In this document: in pieces, positions 22,829-32,905 of the stretch
How positions within the stretch are numbered: the stretch's first letter is position 1
Layout: the number at the start of each line of letters is the position of its first letter
Assembly (NCBI GenBank): GCA_012026655.1
Contig: JAAILG010006085.1
Location: forward strand, 1-34,767
Direction of reading: 5' to 3'
DNA from: Hydrolagus affinis
Lineage: Eukaryota
Length of the DNA stretch: 34,767 nucleotides
The notes under the pieces: model-generated
Told to the model about the DNA's origin: nothing
Database searches by the model: none
The model's input: the letters and a program-made list of their open reading frames with translations, nothing else
Made by a program: the position numbers and the translations under genes

Positions 22829-23189
22829 CTGTGGAGACATTGCACATACTATTGCACATACATACTGCAGATTGTTCTTCTGGCAGTTTGCTTGGTGTAC
22901 TGTCCAGAGAGAGGGAGAAGTAAAGCAAGACAAAGTGTGAAAAAAAAGAATAATATGGTACAAATTCATCAAACACTTTCATCTAGATTTGTCCACTAAA
23001 TTTTCATTCACTTGTTAGCTTTCATTCAAAGCCCTCTCTGAAAATTGCCTCTTCCATCCTGGTTAGGTTTCCACAGTTAAATATCACTCTTTTCTGGTCT
23101 GATTTCTATCAAATCTATAGAAGACTTCCCGATGGTCATCTCATATAAGATGCTTTATATTGGTGCAAGCATTTGGTATCCTTTAATTA

Positions 23190-24655
23190 TATAACAACAA
23201 CAACAACTTTGATTTATATAGCGCCCTCCAACCGGATGGTGTCTCAGAGCGCTTCACAGTAGCAGATCCCGGGACCGAGCCAGGGGCAGGAAGGTAACCA
23301 AAAACTCGGTCAAAGAGAAAGGTCTTCAACTGTGACCTGAAACTGGGAAGAGAGGGGGCGAGGCGAAGCGAGTGAGGAAGGGAGTTCCAGAGCCTCGGGG
23401 CATAGTAGCTAAAGACACAGCCACCGAGGGTGGAGCGGAGGACTCGGGGGACATGGAGGAGGCCAGACCCAGAGGAGCGAAGGCAGTGGGTGCTGGGTTG
23501 GGGGGAGAGGAGATCAGAGAGATAGGAGGGTGCAGAGGAGTGGAGGGATTTGAATACAAGGGTGAGGATCTTGAAGTCGATCCTCTCTGGGACAGGGAGC
23601 CAGTGAAGTCTGGCAAGGACTGGGGTAATGGGGGAGTGAAGCTTAGAGCGGTGAGCATGCGGGCGGCAGAGTTTTGGATAAGCTGGATTTTGTGGATTGT
23701 GGTGGAGGGGAGACCAGCGAGGAGGGCGTTGCAATAGTCCAGCCATGAGGTGACAAAGGCATGGACCAAGGTTTCAGCGGCTTTTAAGGTGAGGTATTGC
23801 CAGAGATGGGCGATCCATCAGAGGTGGTAGAAGGCAGTGCCGGTGATGGACCGGATGTGGGGGAGGAAGGACAGTTGGGGGTCGAACTTGATGCGAAGGT
23901 TGCGCACAGGTTCGGAGAGTTTTACGGGCAGGCCGGGAAGGTGGAGGAGGTGAGAGCCATGCGAATGGAGACGTTGACGAGAGCCAAGGAGTATGGCCTC
24001 TGTCTTGTCAACATTCAGCTGCAAGAAATTTGTGCTCATCCAGCCCCTGATGTCTGAAAGACAGGCTGACAGAACATTGGGGGACTGGGGGTCACAAAGT
24101 GGAGAGATAGAGGTGGGTGTCATCCGTGTACATGTGGAAGTGTGCCCCATGTCTGCAGATCACATCCCCAAGAGAAAGTGTATAGATGAGGAAAAGGAGG
24201 TGGCCAAGGATGGATCCCTGGGGTACCCCGCAGGTAACTGGGTGACTGCAGGAGGAAAAACCGTTTATGGAGATGTACTGCTGGCGGTTTGTGAGGTAGG
24301 ACTCGAACCAGGCGAGTGCGGTCCCACTGAGGTGGATGGCAGAGGACAGGCAGTGGAGGAGGATGGCGTGGTCGACTGTGTCAAAGGCAGCCAACAGGTC
24401 CAGGAGGATAAGGAGGCAGAGAAAGCCCTGGTCACAGATAGAGAGGACATCGTTTGTGACTTTCACAAGCGCAGTCTCTGTACTGTGGGCAGGGCGGAAA
24501 CCGGACTGGAGGGGTTCGAAGAGGGAGTGGGAGGAGAGGTGGGCGTGGAGTTGGTTTGCAACAACGCGTTCCAGTGCTTTTGAGAGGAAGGACAGGTTTG
24601 AGATAGGGTGGTAGTGGCTGGAGTTTGAGGGATCTAGGGAGGGTTTTTTTCTCAA
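23190..24655 (-). mobile_element. L2 LINE 3' fragment
   Basis: QSGFRPAHSTETALVKVTND...LLDLLAAFDTVDH...GVPQGSILG...HMYTDDT. The (aac)n tail is at about 23195. Confidence 0.92.
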
Positions 24656-24879
24656 AATTAAATTAAAGGAAGCAGGAAACAAAGAAAGAGAGTTAATGAG
24701 AGACAGAATGAAAGAGAGAGATAGAGCTTGTGAAAGAGAAAGACAGAGAGAGAGACCAAATGAACAAACAAACAACAACACAACCAAATTACATTTATAG
24801 AGTGCCTTTCATGTCGGGAGGTTGTCCCAAGATGCTGAAACAAATGAACAAATGAATTGAAAGAAAGGAAGACAAAACG

Positions 24880-25325
24880 GGAAAGATAAAAATAACTTCT
24901 ATACAAGCATCCAGTTCAGCAAACATGGATTGTATTCCTATAAATTTAGAAGGTGATTCGATTGGCTTGTTTAAGGTGATAAAAGATTGTGTGGTAACAG
25001 AGAAGCTATTTCCTGTGGTGGGGATCCAAAACAAGGGGTTAGAATCTTAAAGTTAAAACCAGGCGATTTAAGAGTGAAATTAGGAAGCATTTTTTTCACT
25101 CAAAATGTGGTAGAAATTTGGAACCCTCTCTCCAAAGGCTGTGGACGCTGGATCCATTCCATTCACACCTTCAAATGTGTAGTTAATAGATTTTTGGCAG
25201 GTTACCATATTAAGGGATATGGAGAAAAAGTGGAAACTTGGATATGACATGATTATTTGAGGTACAGATCAGCCACTATCTAATTAATTGGCGGAACAGG
25301 CTTGAAGGGCTGAATGGGTATTCCC
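24880..25325 (+). mobile_element. CR1 LINE 3' end
   Basis: SIFFTQNVVEIWNPL and the tail gaagggctgaatgg. Confidence 0.75.
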
Positions 25326-25626
25326 ATTACTATACTCTTACACTTCTCTGTTCCTAACCATCAGAATTGTTTACTTTCGATTTCTCTTCTTGGGGTTTCA
25401 ATTGCAAAGGAATTTTTGCAGATAAGCCTCCTGAAATTATGATTGAAGCATTCAACAACAACAAAGTACAACAAAATTACATTTATAGAGCGCCTTTCAC
25501 GTCGGGAGGACATCCCAAGGCCCTGAATTCAGCTCGATTGGAAGAGTTGGCAGCGGGATAGGCAGACTGTCCTCCTGTTCCATAATTGAACATGACTCTT
25601 GGGAGGGTCCATATGGCTACACTTAC

Positions 25627-25992
25627 CTGTGTAGCACATGAACTCGTATGTCTTATTGCAGTAGTCATCGAACCACAGGCCATTGTTCACAGCCACACAG
25701 ACATCAGACGTAAGGTAGTCATTTGGCTCCATATGTTTCCAGTGTGTGTAGTTGACCTCCTCTCCATTTGTCCACATCCACGCAACAGTGGAACCGTTTT
25801 TACTGAACAGCCCGATCCAGAGAGTACGATCTCCGACAATCAGCTGAGATATGCGCTTGGCATCCTGTGTACTCTGGATACTGACCAGATCCGTGTATTG
25901 ATCTCGGCAGTAATCCCAGGCTTCAGTCCAGTTTTTCAGTTGCTCGATTGGGTAATATACTCTGCCCACAAGTTTATTCCTCGAAGCCCAAA
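25627..25992 (-). CDS. CTLD2 exon (366 nt, phase 1-1, EPN motif)
   Basis: tcttcactag| acceptor and ACAG|gtaagt donor. KNWTEAWDYC...LWIGL...EPND...CVAVNNGLWFDDYCNKTYEFMC. Confidence 0.92.
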
Positions 25993-26399
25993 CTAGTGAA
26001 GAAACATCACAGCAGTGACCATTTGTAGATCCAAATTTCATTACAATAACAACAAAATTACATTTATAGAGAGCTTTTCAGGTGTTAAACACTGAAAATA
26101 CATTACCTTGACATCCCTTTGTATTGGTACTTCGTCCTACCTCAGTAAACTCTAAACAGAAAACTCTGTTTTCCTACAAAAGTCTTTATGTAATTTATTC
26201 CTTTTTTTTTGTCCCATCATTGCTCACCAGACTTTCAGCCACCATTTCCAAATTCTGTGGAAGTATTGTATTTCCAAATCTCAGCCTTGCTGCCATCACT
26301 TTCACCCCTACCCGCTTTTGAAAGATGTCTCTCTTAGCACCACTTCTGTTATTGTTGGTCTCATCAGCAGCCTTAAATATTTTAGCTAAAGTGCTACAC

Positions 26400-26745
26400 A
26401 ACAACCAACAACAAAAATTATAATTGTATAGTGCCTTTCACATCAGGAGGGAGTCCCAAGGCACTGGACAGTCAGTGTTTCAGACACGAACTGAGGTCAG
26501 AATTGGGGAAGATGGCACAGTCAGAGGTGGGTCTTGAGACGGGACTTGAAGGAGGCCAGAGAGGGGATGAGGTGGAGGGATTGTGGGATGGAATTCCAAA
26601 GGTTGGGAGCACAGTGGCTGAAGGCTCGCCCGCTGATAATGGGACGGGTGGGTCTGGGGCATGGAATAGCCCGGATCCTACTGAGAAAGTGGACAGGTTG
26701 GTAGGGGTTAGGAGGTTCTAGAGGTAGGGTGGGGTTTAAAGGTGA
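26400..26745 (-). mobile_element. L2 LINE 3' end
   Basis: Homologous to the other L2 3' ends, with an (aac)n tail. Confidence 0.75.
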
Positions 26746-26956
26746 GACAAGTCAAGTGCGTGCATTGAACTCCAGATCTCCATTTGGGGACTGGCATCAA
26801 CGGAAAGAAGTAACAGATGGCAAATTATTTGTCAAAAACTAAGTTACATCACTATGTTGCCCCAGAATCAAAATTATTGCATATCAGTGAATAAACATAT
26901 GGGCAGAAATATGTAAATTTCTGAGGAAATAGTTGCAAAGCGAGGTTATTTCAAAC

Positions 26957-27046
26957 CTGTAGGTTGAGGTTTTTCTGATACAGCAAGTTTTGTGGGCTCT
27001 GAGGACTTGATTTCTGGTTTGATGGTGGTCGCAGCATTTTCAAAAT
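26957..27046 (-). CDS. Ser/Thr/Pro-rich linker exon (90 nt): DFENAATTIKPEIKSSEPTKLAVSEKPQPT
   Basis: ctttcacag| acceptor, ACAG|gtttga donor, open phase 1-1 frame, linker-like composition. Confidence 0.7.
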
Positions 27047-27287
27047 CTGTGAAAGTGGAATGAGCAAAACAATTACAAAACAAATAATAAAATTAATAAT
27101 CTTTGCATTTGATATAGTGCCCCATTATGACATTGAGATGAGTCAAAGTGCTTCGCACTGTAATGTACTGTTAGATTTTCTGGGTAAAACCCGGCTCCCA
27201 ATTGCACACAGAAGTATCTTGACAAACAGTCATGAATGACTAATTGGTACGCTTGGAAAGCAATCCACCAATTGACTAACTCTTTAC

Positions 27288-27653
27288 CTTCATAACAGAT
27301 GAACCAATAAGTTTGATTGCAGTACTCATCAAGCCACAGCCCATTGTGCAAAGCCACACAGATCTCAGAAGCTGGATAACCATTCATCTTTTTATCTTTC
27401 CAGTTAGTATAATTGAATGTGTCTTCATTGGTCCATTCCCATCCATCAGTGGTTAGATTATTGTTGTACAACCCAATCCAATAGGATTCTCCATCATTAA
27501 TCATCTGAGCAGTGATATTAGTTTCCTCTGGGCTCCGGATGCTGACCAGATCCACATAATGAGTCCGGCAGTGATCCAGGGCTTCAAACCATTTCTTCTT
27601 TTCGTTAATTGCGTGGTACTTTCTGTCCAAGGATAGAACAGTTTGGGGCAGAG
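27288..27653 (-). CDS. C-type lectin domain exon CTLD1 (366 nt, phase 1-1)
   Basis: Acceptor ttgcag| and donor GAAG|gtaaag. Translation KKWFEALDHC...YWIGL...EICVALHNGLWLDEYCNQTYWFICYE shows the 4-Cys CTLD pattern. Confidence 0.92.
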
Positions 27654-27759
27654 CTGCAAAGATGCAATTGCAACAATAACAAAGATTGCATTACATAGCA
27701 CTCCTCATGTGGGTTAGTGCCCCAGCACACTTGGCAATATAAGAATACTAATCCTTACA

Positions 27760-28047
27760 TTTGATATAGCGCTTTTCATGTCTTCTAGATGTCTTAAAGT
27801 GCTTCGCAAAATATACTGTAAAGTGAATTGACTACATATTTGTGGGCGAAACGTGGCAGCCAATTCGGCAGAGCAGCGTCCCACAGACAGATTCGAGTGA
27901 CCAATTTATAATTGCCTTTTGTTTTCGAGAGATTATTATTAGGCATGTGGAGTAAGGAAACTTGCCCAAGATTTTGCTTTTCCAAGAATCAAACTCGGGT
28001 CACTCGCTGGTAAGGTGAGTGCTCTAAATACTGAGCTACAGGACTCC
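27760..28047 (-). mobile_element. Near full-length tRNA-derived SINE in intron 1 of the lectin gene
   Basis: Same core as 705-987. The head ends about 20 nt from the leader-exon donor. Confidence 0.78.
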
Positions 28048-28068
28048 AGATGATAAAAATAGACTCAC

Positions 28069-28114
28069 CTTGAGTAAGAAGGAAGAGGGAGAAGAGAACC
28101 AGCATTTTACTCAT
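28069..28114 (-). CDS. Exon 1 (signal peptide) of multi-CTLD lectin gene: MSKMLVLFSLFLLTQ, phase-1 donor
   Basis: ATG at 28114 (second in-frame ATG at 28105), hydrophobic run, donor CAAG|gtgagt. Splices in frame to the CTLD1 exon, giving MSKMLVLFSLFLLTQALPQTVLS-LDRKYH. Confidence 0.8.
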
Positions 28115-29719
28115 CCTCTCAAGGGAAATTGTTTGCAGAAAAATGGAGTAAGTTGCTTGTGAGACTAAATTGGCTGCTATTCTGCAACATCAGTGACCTG
28201 CAAATAGCATCAGATGGATATAATGATGCAGGGTGTCTGGGAGAAAAGCCCCCCCACCCCGCCACATAAACCAACACACACATACACCTATAAATTATGG
28301 GTTCTCTGAAATACTAATAGAGTAAATGTAGACCAATGTGGAATCACTAGATAAGTAGTCCGAGGTTTGAGAATTTCTTGCAAAACGAAATGACAATCTA
28401 CAATAAATGGTAATTATTATTATTACAATACTACAGCATTAAAGTACATCACTGTGCAACTGATCATTCTGAAAACAACATTCCGGGTTTCCCATTTATG
28501 CTTTAACCTGGAATTTTACACAATTCAACTTGAATTAAAATTTTAATTTAGAATTAAAATTTAGAATTTAGAATTTAAAGAAATGCATGCTTTTGAGGAT
28601 TGTTATTTTATTGATGGACCTTCATGAACATCAGCGGGATAAACCTTCTCTGTCTATAAAACCAGCCTCAGGAACAAGACTGATCTCTGGCAAAATCTAT
28701 CCTCATGTAATGATTTAACGCACATCTCCGGTATTGCTTTAGAACACATCTCTGGGAAACCAACTGAGACATTCACTGTCATGTTGCAAGTATTTTCCCC
28801 CAAAATCAAAGCGAAAGGAGACATTTTGGAACCATATGGCAAAATTATAAGCAGTCAGTGTCTCAAAGAGGTGCTTACCAGATCTCCTCCTGGTTCACTC
28901 GCCAGCTACGCTTCAATTGCACAATTTGCCACAAGTGGAGGTCTCAGCCAAGCTGAGCAGAAGTATAACAAGTGGCGCGTGTGACAGCTGATGACAGTCA
29001 CTCGTGGGTTCCTTTGAGAAGCGTGTAGTAAAAAAAACAGTCAGTTTTCTGCAAACCAATGATCCCCTCTCTTCAGCACAGATAAACAAAACAAGAAAAG
29101 GTTTCTGGGGAAAAGTTGCACTTGAGTTTAAAGATCTGGGAGACAACCTCTCCCATCCTGCACTACACGGAAATCACAAGAAGACGGGAAAGGCTGATCA
29201 AAAAAAAGTCCAAGTTACATCTAGTCCACCTTCTATCATCCTGGTTGTCACGTTCTACAATAACGAGGATGTTGATATTAATCAATTATTTATGGATTAC
29301 TCTACATCACAGTGGGAAGCTTTGGGAACCTCAGATCCAAAGTTGCCTGGATCTTTGATGCATACAACACTTGTAATGTCTCAAATTACTCATATACTGT
29401 ACTGTATAAATGTACCACTCATATAAAGCCGTCTTCTGGTCCGTTTTGTAGAGCTCCTTCAGATACATTTTTGTGAGTGTTACTTCTGTACTTGTGGAGT
29501 GTAACTTGCCACAATTTCCTTTCCAAATGTGTCATCGAGCCAAAGAAAACAAACTAACTGTTCGTTGAGTCACAAAATCCTGTCTTAGAACAGGACCTTC
29601 TCAAGGGAAATAAAATAAACAAAGTAAAAACAGGACTCATCAGCAAACAAAAGTGTTTCTACTGTTTCACTTCGTTGGGGTAGAGAAGATAAGATACCAT
29701 ACAAGTGCTTGGGATGAAT

Positions 29720-29787
29720 GGAATGTGATTTTTTTTAAGTTGAATTATGCCTTGGAATGTGATTTTTTTTTAAGTTGAATTATGCCT
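29720..29787. repeat. Perfect 34-bp tandem duplication
   Basis: ggaatgtgattttttttaagttgaattatgcctt occurs twice. Confidence 0.9.
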
Positions 29788-30069
29788 TAGAGGTGCTTAC
29801 TGGGGATAAAATAGACAATCAACCAAAAAGCACCTTATTCAGCAATTAACCCCAGTTAATATCAACTTGGAACAGTTGTACACACATATTTGATCTGATT
29901 TTTCTGGCGAAAGGTAGGAGGATTTTGTATTGAGATATTCCAGAAAGCCATGGAGAATAGGGGGATGGTATCATGATTACATTGATTACATTGATCAGTT
30001 GGTCGGGTTTGGAAAACTAGAGACAGAAGGGTTATATAGGTGGGTGGTTAGTACATTATATTAAAAAAG

Positions 30070-30240
30070 CCTACATTTGAAATAGCACCTTTATATGATG
30101 TCTCACAGGCATTCACAGGTACACTGTAGTGGAGTGACTGTATATTTTGGTGGCAAAACGAGGGAACCAATTGCTCAAATCAGTGTCCCACAAACAGCTG
30201 TAGAATGAGTGACCGATTTATTATTACTTGTTTATTTTGA
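30070..30240 (-). mobile_element. Diverged SINE 3' part
   Basis: tagcacctttat...gtgtcccacaaacag resembles the SINE core. Confidence 0.6.
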
Positions 30241-31108
30241 AAGGATTATTACCCCCCTGGAAAAACTTTCCACTGTTGGACTAATAACCGGGTTCCTAAT
30301 TACTGCAAATTAAAACAGTGTTGAGGGATGTGGAAATAATGTAACAACATGTCAGAGCAGATCTGTAGGCCAGAAATGGCCATCTCATGTGTGTTCCTAC
30401 AAATTCTTAGGCACAACATGTTTTGTATTTAAACTGAAGGCAACTATGAGATTAATGTAAGTACATCTGAAACCTTGGACATTTTGCTGTACTAATATTG
30501 TTTTACTGTGATTGCTTTCTCTGTCAAAATAAGAAAGTTATCAGGAGAAACAAAAGTGCATTCAACAACAACAACAGCGTAAAGGGAGCATTACTGTGTC
30601 TCCAGCATTGACCTGGGAGTGTGGACCACAGAGTAAAGGGAGCTTTACTGTGTTCTTGAGACAAGTCAAGTAGTTCTTCCTCAGACTCATTGAATGTAAC
30701 TTGTTCTTTACAGGAGTTCTAATCTAGTCCATTTCAGAGTCAACCATCACTCCATGTTTCCCACTGCCCACCCTGTTCAACCTTTATCTTGATATGTGGT
30801 TCTGGGACTAATTTTGCTCCTGCAGTTCTCACTCAGTCCCCTAGGGGAGGCTGTGGCCTCACGGTATCAATGCCCCCGCCCCCATCTTCACATCGCATAA
30901 AGTGCCGCAAGGTGGGAGGTCCATCTGTAATGTGGTTCATACACTTTGGTGTAATTGGTAGACTAACTCGCCAATGTTTCATGTCAGAGAGATTGTGTTT
31001 GTTTCCATGTGTGTTGTGTGTGCGTCTGTGTGCATGTGAGAGAGACAGATCGAGACAGAAGTGAGCCAGAGTGTGAGGTGCCCAAGATTAATCAAGTATC
31101 TGCCATCA

Positions 31109-31157
31109 ATGAGTCTGTCCTTTCTCACTGTCTTTCTGATCTACATCCTCTGGCCCA
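31109..31157 (+). CDS. TRBV: Leader exon of T-cell receptor V segment: MSLSFLTVFLIYILWP
   Basis: ATG at 31109, hydrophobic 16-mer, phase-1 donor CCCA|gtgagt. Joins in frame (A+GC=Ser) to the V exon. Confidence 0.82.
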
Positions 31158-31394
31158 GTGAGTATCTCTCCACATCTCCCAATTCCCCTCAGATTCCCAA
31201 TTCCATTAGGATTTCATATCATTCCCTTCTCTCTGTCTCTCTGTCTCCAGCTCTATCTCTGCCTGTTTCTTTATCTGTATGTATGCGTGTGTGTGTGTGT
31301 GTGTGTCTGTCTCATATCTCTTCATTACTTGGCTCCTGAGCCTGGAGGGGCCATAACATTCCAGACTCTAGCCTGACTGACAGGAGTATTCAAA

Positions 31395-31800
31395 GCAGAC
31401 TGGTCACTGGGATTCTTCCCAATCAGCTCCCAATGCAAGGCTCTAACTTCAAGCTCCTCGCTCTTGTGCTTAAATTCCTCCACTCCATGGCATCCCTTTA
31501 CATCTCTAATCTCTTCTCTATTCACATTACCCGCTCCCTCCGCTCTAGTGGGTCCAGCCTCCTCCTTGTCCCCAAGTCCTTTACTACTGTGCTTTCAGCT
31601 GCTAAGCCCCAAAACTTTGGAACTCCCTCCTTCAACCCCTTCACCGCACCCCCTCCTTTCCAGTCTTCAGTACCTGAAAATCTTTCTCTTTGACCGCGCT
31701 TACGATTACCTTCCCCCTCCCCTGGCTCAGCCACAGGCTCTGCCATTGTTAAGCACTTTGAGATGCCACCCAACATGATACGAATGCAAGTTGTTGGAGA
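31395..31800 (+). mobile_element. L2 LINE 3' end inside the TCR V leader intron
   Basis: cagctcccaatgcaaggctctaacttcaagctcctcgctcttgtgcttaaattcctcc...aagcactttgagatg matches the L2 3' ends. Confidence 0.75.
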
Positions 31801-31944
31801 AGTTTCTCTCCCAATGTCTGGCCAACAGATATAATCACCACGGCTGTTTGCCAGTTATTTTGCAGCCTTGTTGGCCCACAACACACAGTCACTACACTTG
31901 ACAGCGAGTCCCACTTCTAGTTTAACGCTCACGTTCTCTCTCAG

Positions 31945-32248
31945 GCTGGGCGATGGCCGAGCTGATCTATCAGTGGCCTCCGAGGCTGGTGGTCAGAGAG
32001 GGAGACCCTGTGATGTTGGGTTGCCACCAAAATGACAGCAGTAAAGACACAATGCTCTGGTACCAGCAGAGAGATGGAGAGGGCCTGAGGCTGATCGGAT
32101 ATGTCTTCCATCCAAACTCACCATCTATGGAGAAGGACCAGCCGGGTCAATTTGAGATCATATCACAAAGTAAGGCTACCTCCCAGCTGAACATCTCAAA
32201 GGTGACATCACCTCAGGAGGGGGTCTATTACTGTGCAGCCAGGATGAG
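31945..32248 (+). CDS. TRBV: Germline T-cell receptor variable segment, probably TCR beta V; intact ORF
   Basis: ctctctcag| acceptor. V-set signature AELIYQWP...MLGC...MLWYQQ...GEGLRLIGY...QEGVYYCAARM, directly followed by a 23-RSS. The V call is strong. The beta-chain call rests on the FR1 QWP, GLRLI and CAA motifs. Confidence 0.88.
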
Positions 32249-32287
32249 CACAGTGAGAGAGATTGACTGAAAGCTCACACATAAACC
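32249..32287 (+). promoter_or_regulatory. Recombination signal sequence with 23-bp spacer (23-RSS)
   Basis: Heptamer CACAGTG 32249-32255, 23-nt spacer agagagattgactgaaagctcac, nonamer ACATAAACC 32279-32287 (1 mismatch to ACAAAAACC). Confidence 0.95.
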
Positions 32288-32734
32288 TCTCTTCTCACAC
32301 ACCATTCCTGCCGCCAACTCCCCCTCCCCCCCCCCCCCCACCAATTAGCACCAACACCTGTGCTCTCTAACAAAGTGGAGTAATTTACACACAAAGAGAG
32401 GCAGAAAGCAGTAGATCATCAAACTAGCCAAAAGAGAGATCTGAACAGCGGAGGGAGGGGGTGGGGTTGTGATGTGTGTGGAGCGTTTGACCTAGTTTAG
32501 AGCATAGAGTACAACTGATATTTGAGGTTGGATAAACTAGCAGCAAACTCTCTGCCCACGTGAGCTGTGTGTGGTTTGTGTGCAATGTGGCTATGACTGA
32601 TGACATCCTGTTATTGTGTGGCGCTGCGCGGTAGGTCTCTGTGGGTGAGCAGGTGTCAGGCTGGTAGCTAGGTCTCCTGGCTCAGGACTCGGGGTTCCGG
32701 TTTCAACTCAATTTTGCAGAGTTTTGTGTTCACA

Positions 32735-32905
32735 GTCAAGGCTCTCTCTCTCTCTCTGCCTCTATCTATCTCTCTTTGTCTCTCTCTAATTCATGTTCTC
32801 TATGCCTCCCTGTGTCCTCTCTCTCTCGCTCACTGTATCTACCTCTATATAGCTTTCTTCACCTCCATAAATCTCGATTTTTCTGTCTCTTTCTCTCTGT
32901 CTATC
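32735..32905. repeat. (CT)n-rich microsatellite region
   Basis: Long imperfect (tc)n tracts. Confidence 0.8.

Noticed and set aside
1008-24787. Long ORFs in LINE fragments, considered as host genes or active elements
   Set aside because: 5'-truncated L2 or CR1 copies with stops, frameshifts and damaged catalytic motifs (CGDD, YAVD, FVDD), or their antisense frames.
2797-25996. Plus-strand ORFs of 110-145 aa overlapping the CTLD exons (e.g. 2797-3231, 3532-3870, 4702-5076, 6874-7293, 25586-25996)
   Set aside because: Antisense shadows of the minus-strand coding exons, with no independent domain signal.
26228-26385. Open minus-strand frame with a strong gtgagc donor between CTLD1 and CTLD2
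   Set aside because: At 158 nt it is phase 1 to 0 and would frameshift all downstream exons, and it is not linker-like.
1-28460. Isolated RSS-like heptamers (CACTGTG at 6-12, 4844-4850 and 28450-28456; CACAGTG at 5675-5681 and 26610-26616), considered as evidence that the CTLD exons rearrange somatically
   Set aside because: No nonamer at 12 or 23 spacing where the flank is visible, and none abuts an exon boundary. The CTLD exons have ordinary splice sites. The heptamer at 6-12 cannot be fully tested because its flank is outside the window.
30789-31064. Plus-strand ORF containing VLTQSP after an acceptor-like ctgcag, suggesting another V segment
   Set aside because: No correctly spaced Cys23/Trp41/YYC pattern and no RSS. 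It runs into (GT)n.
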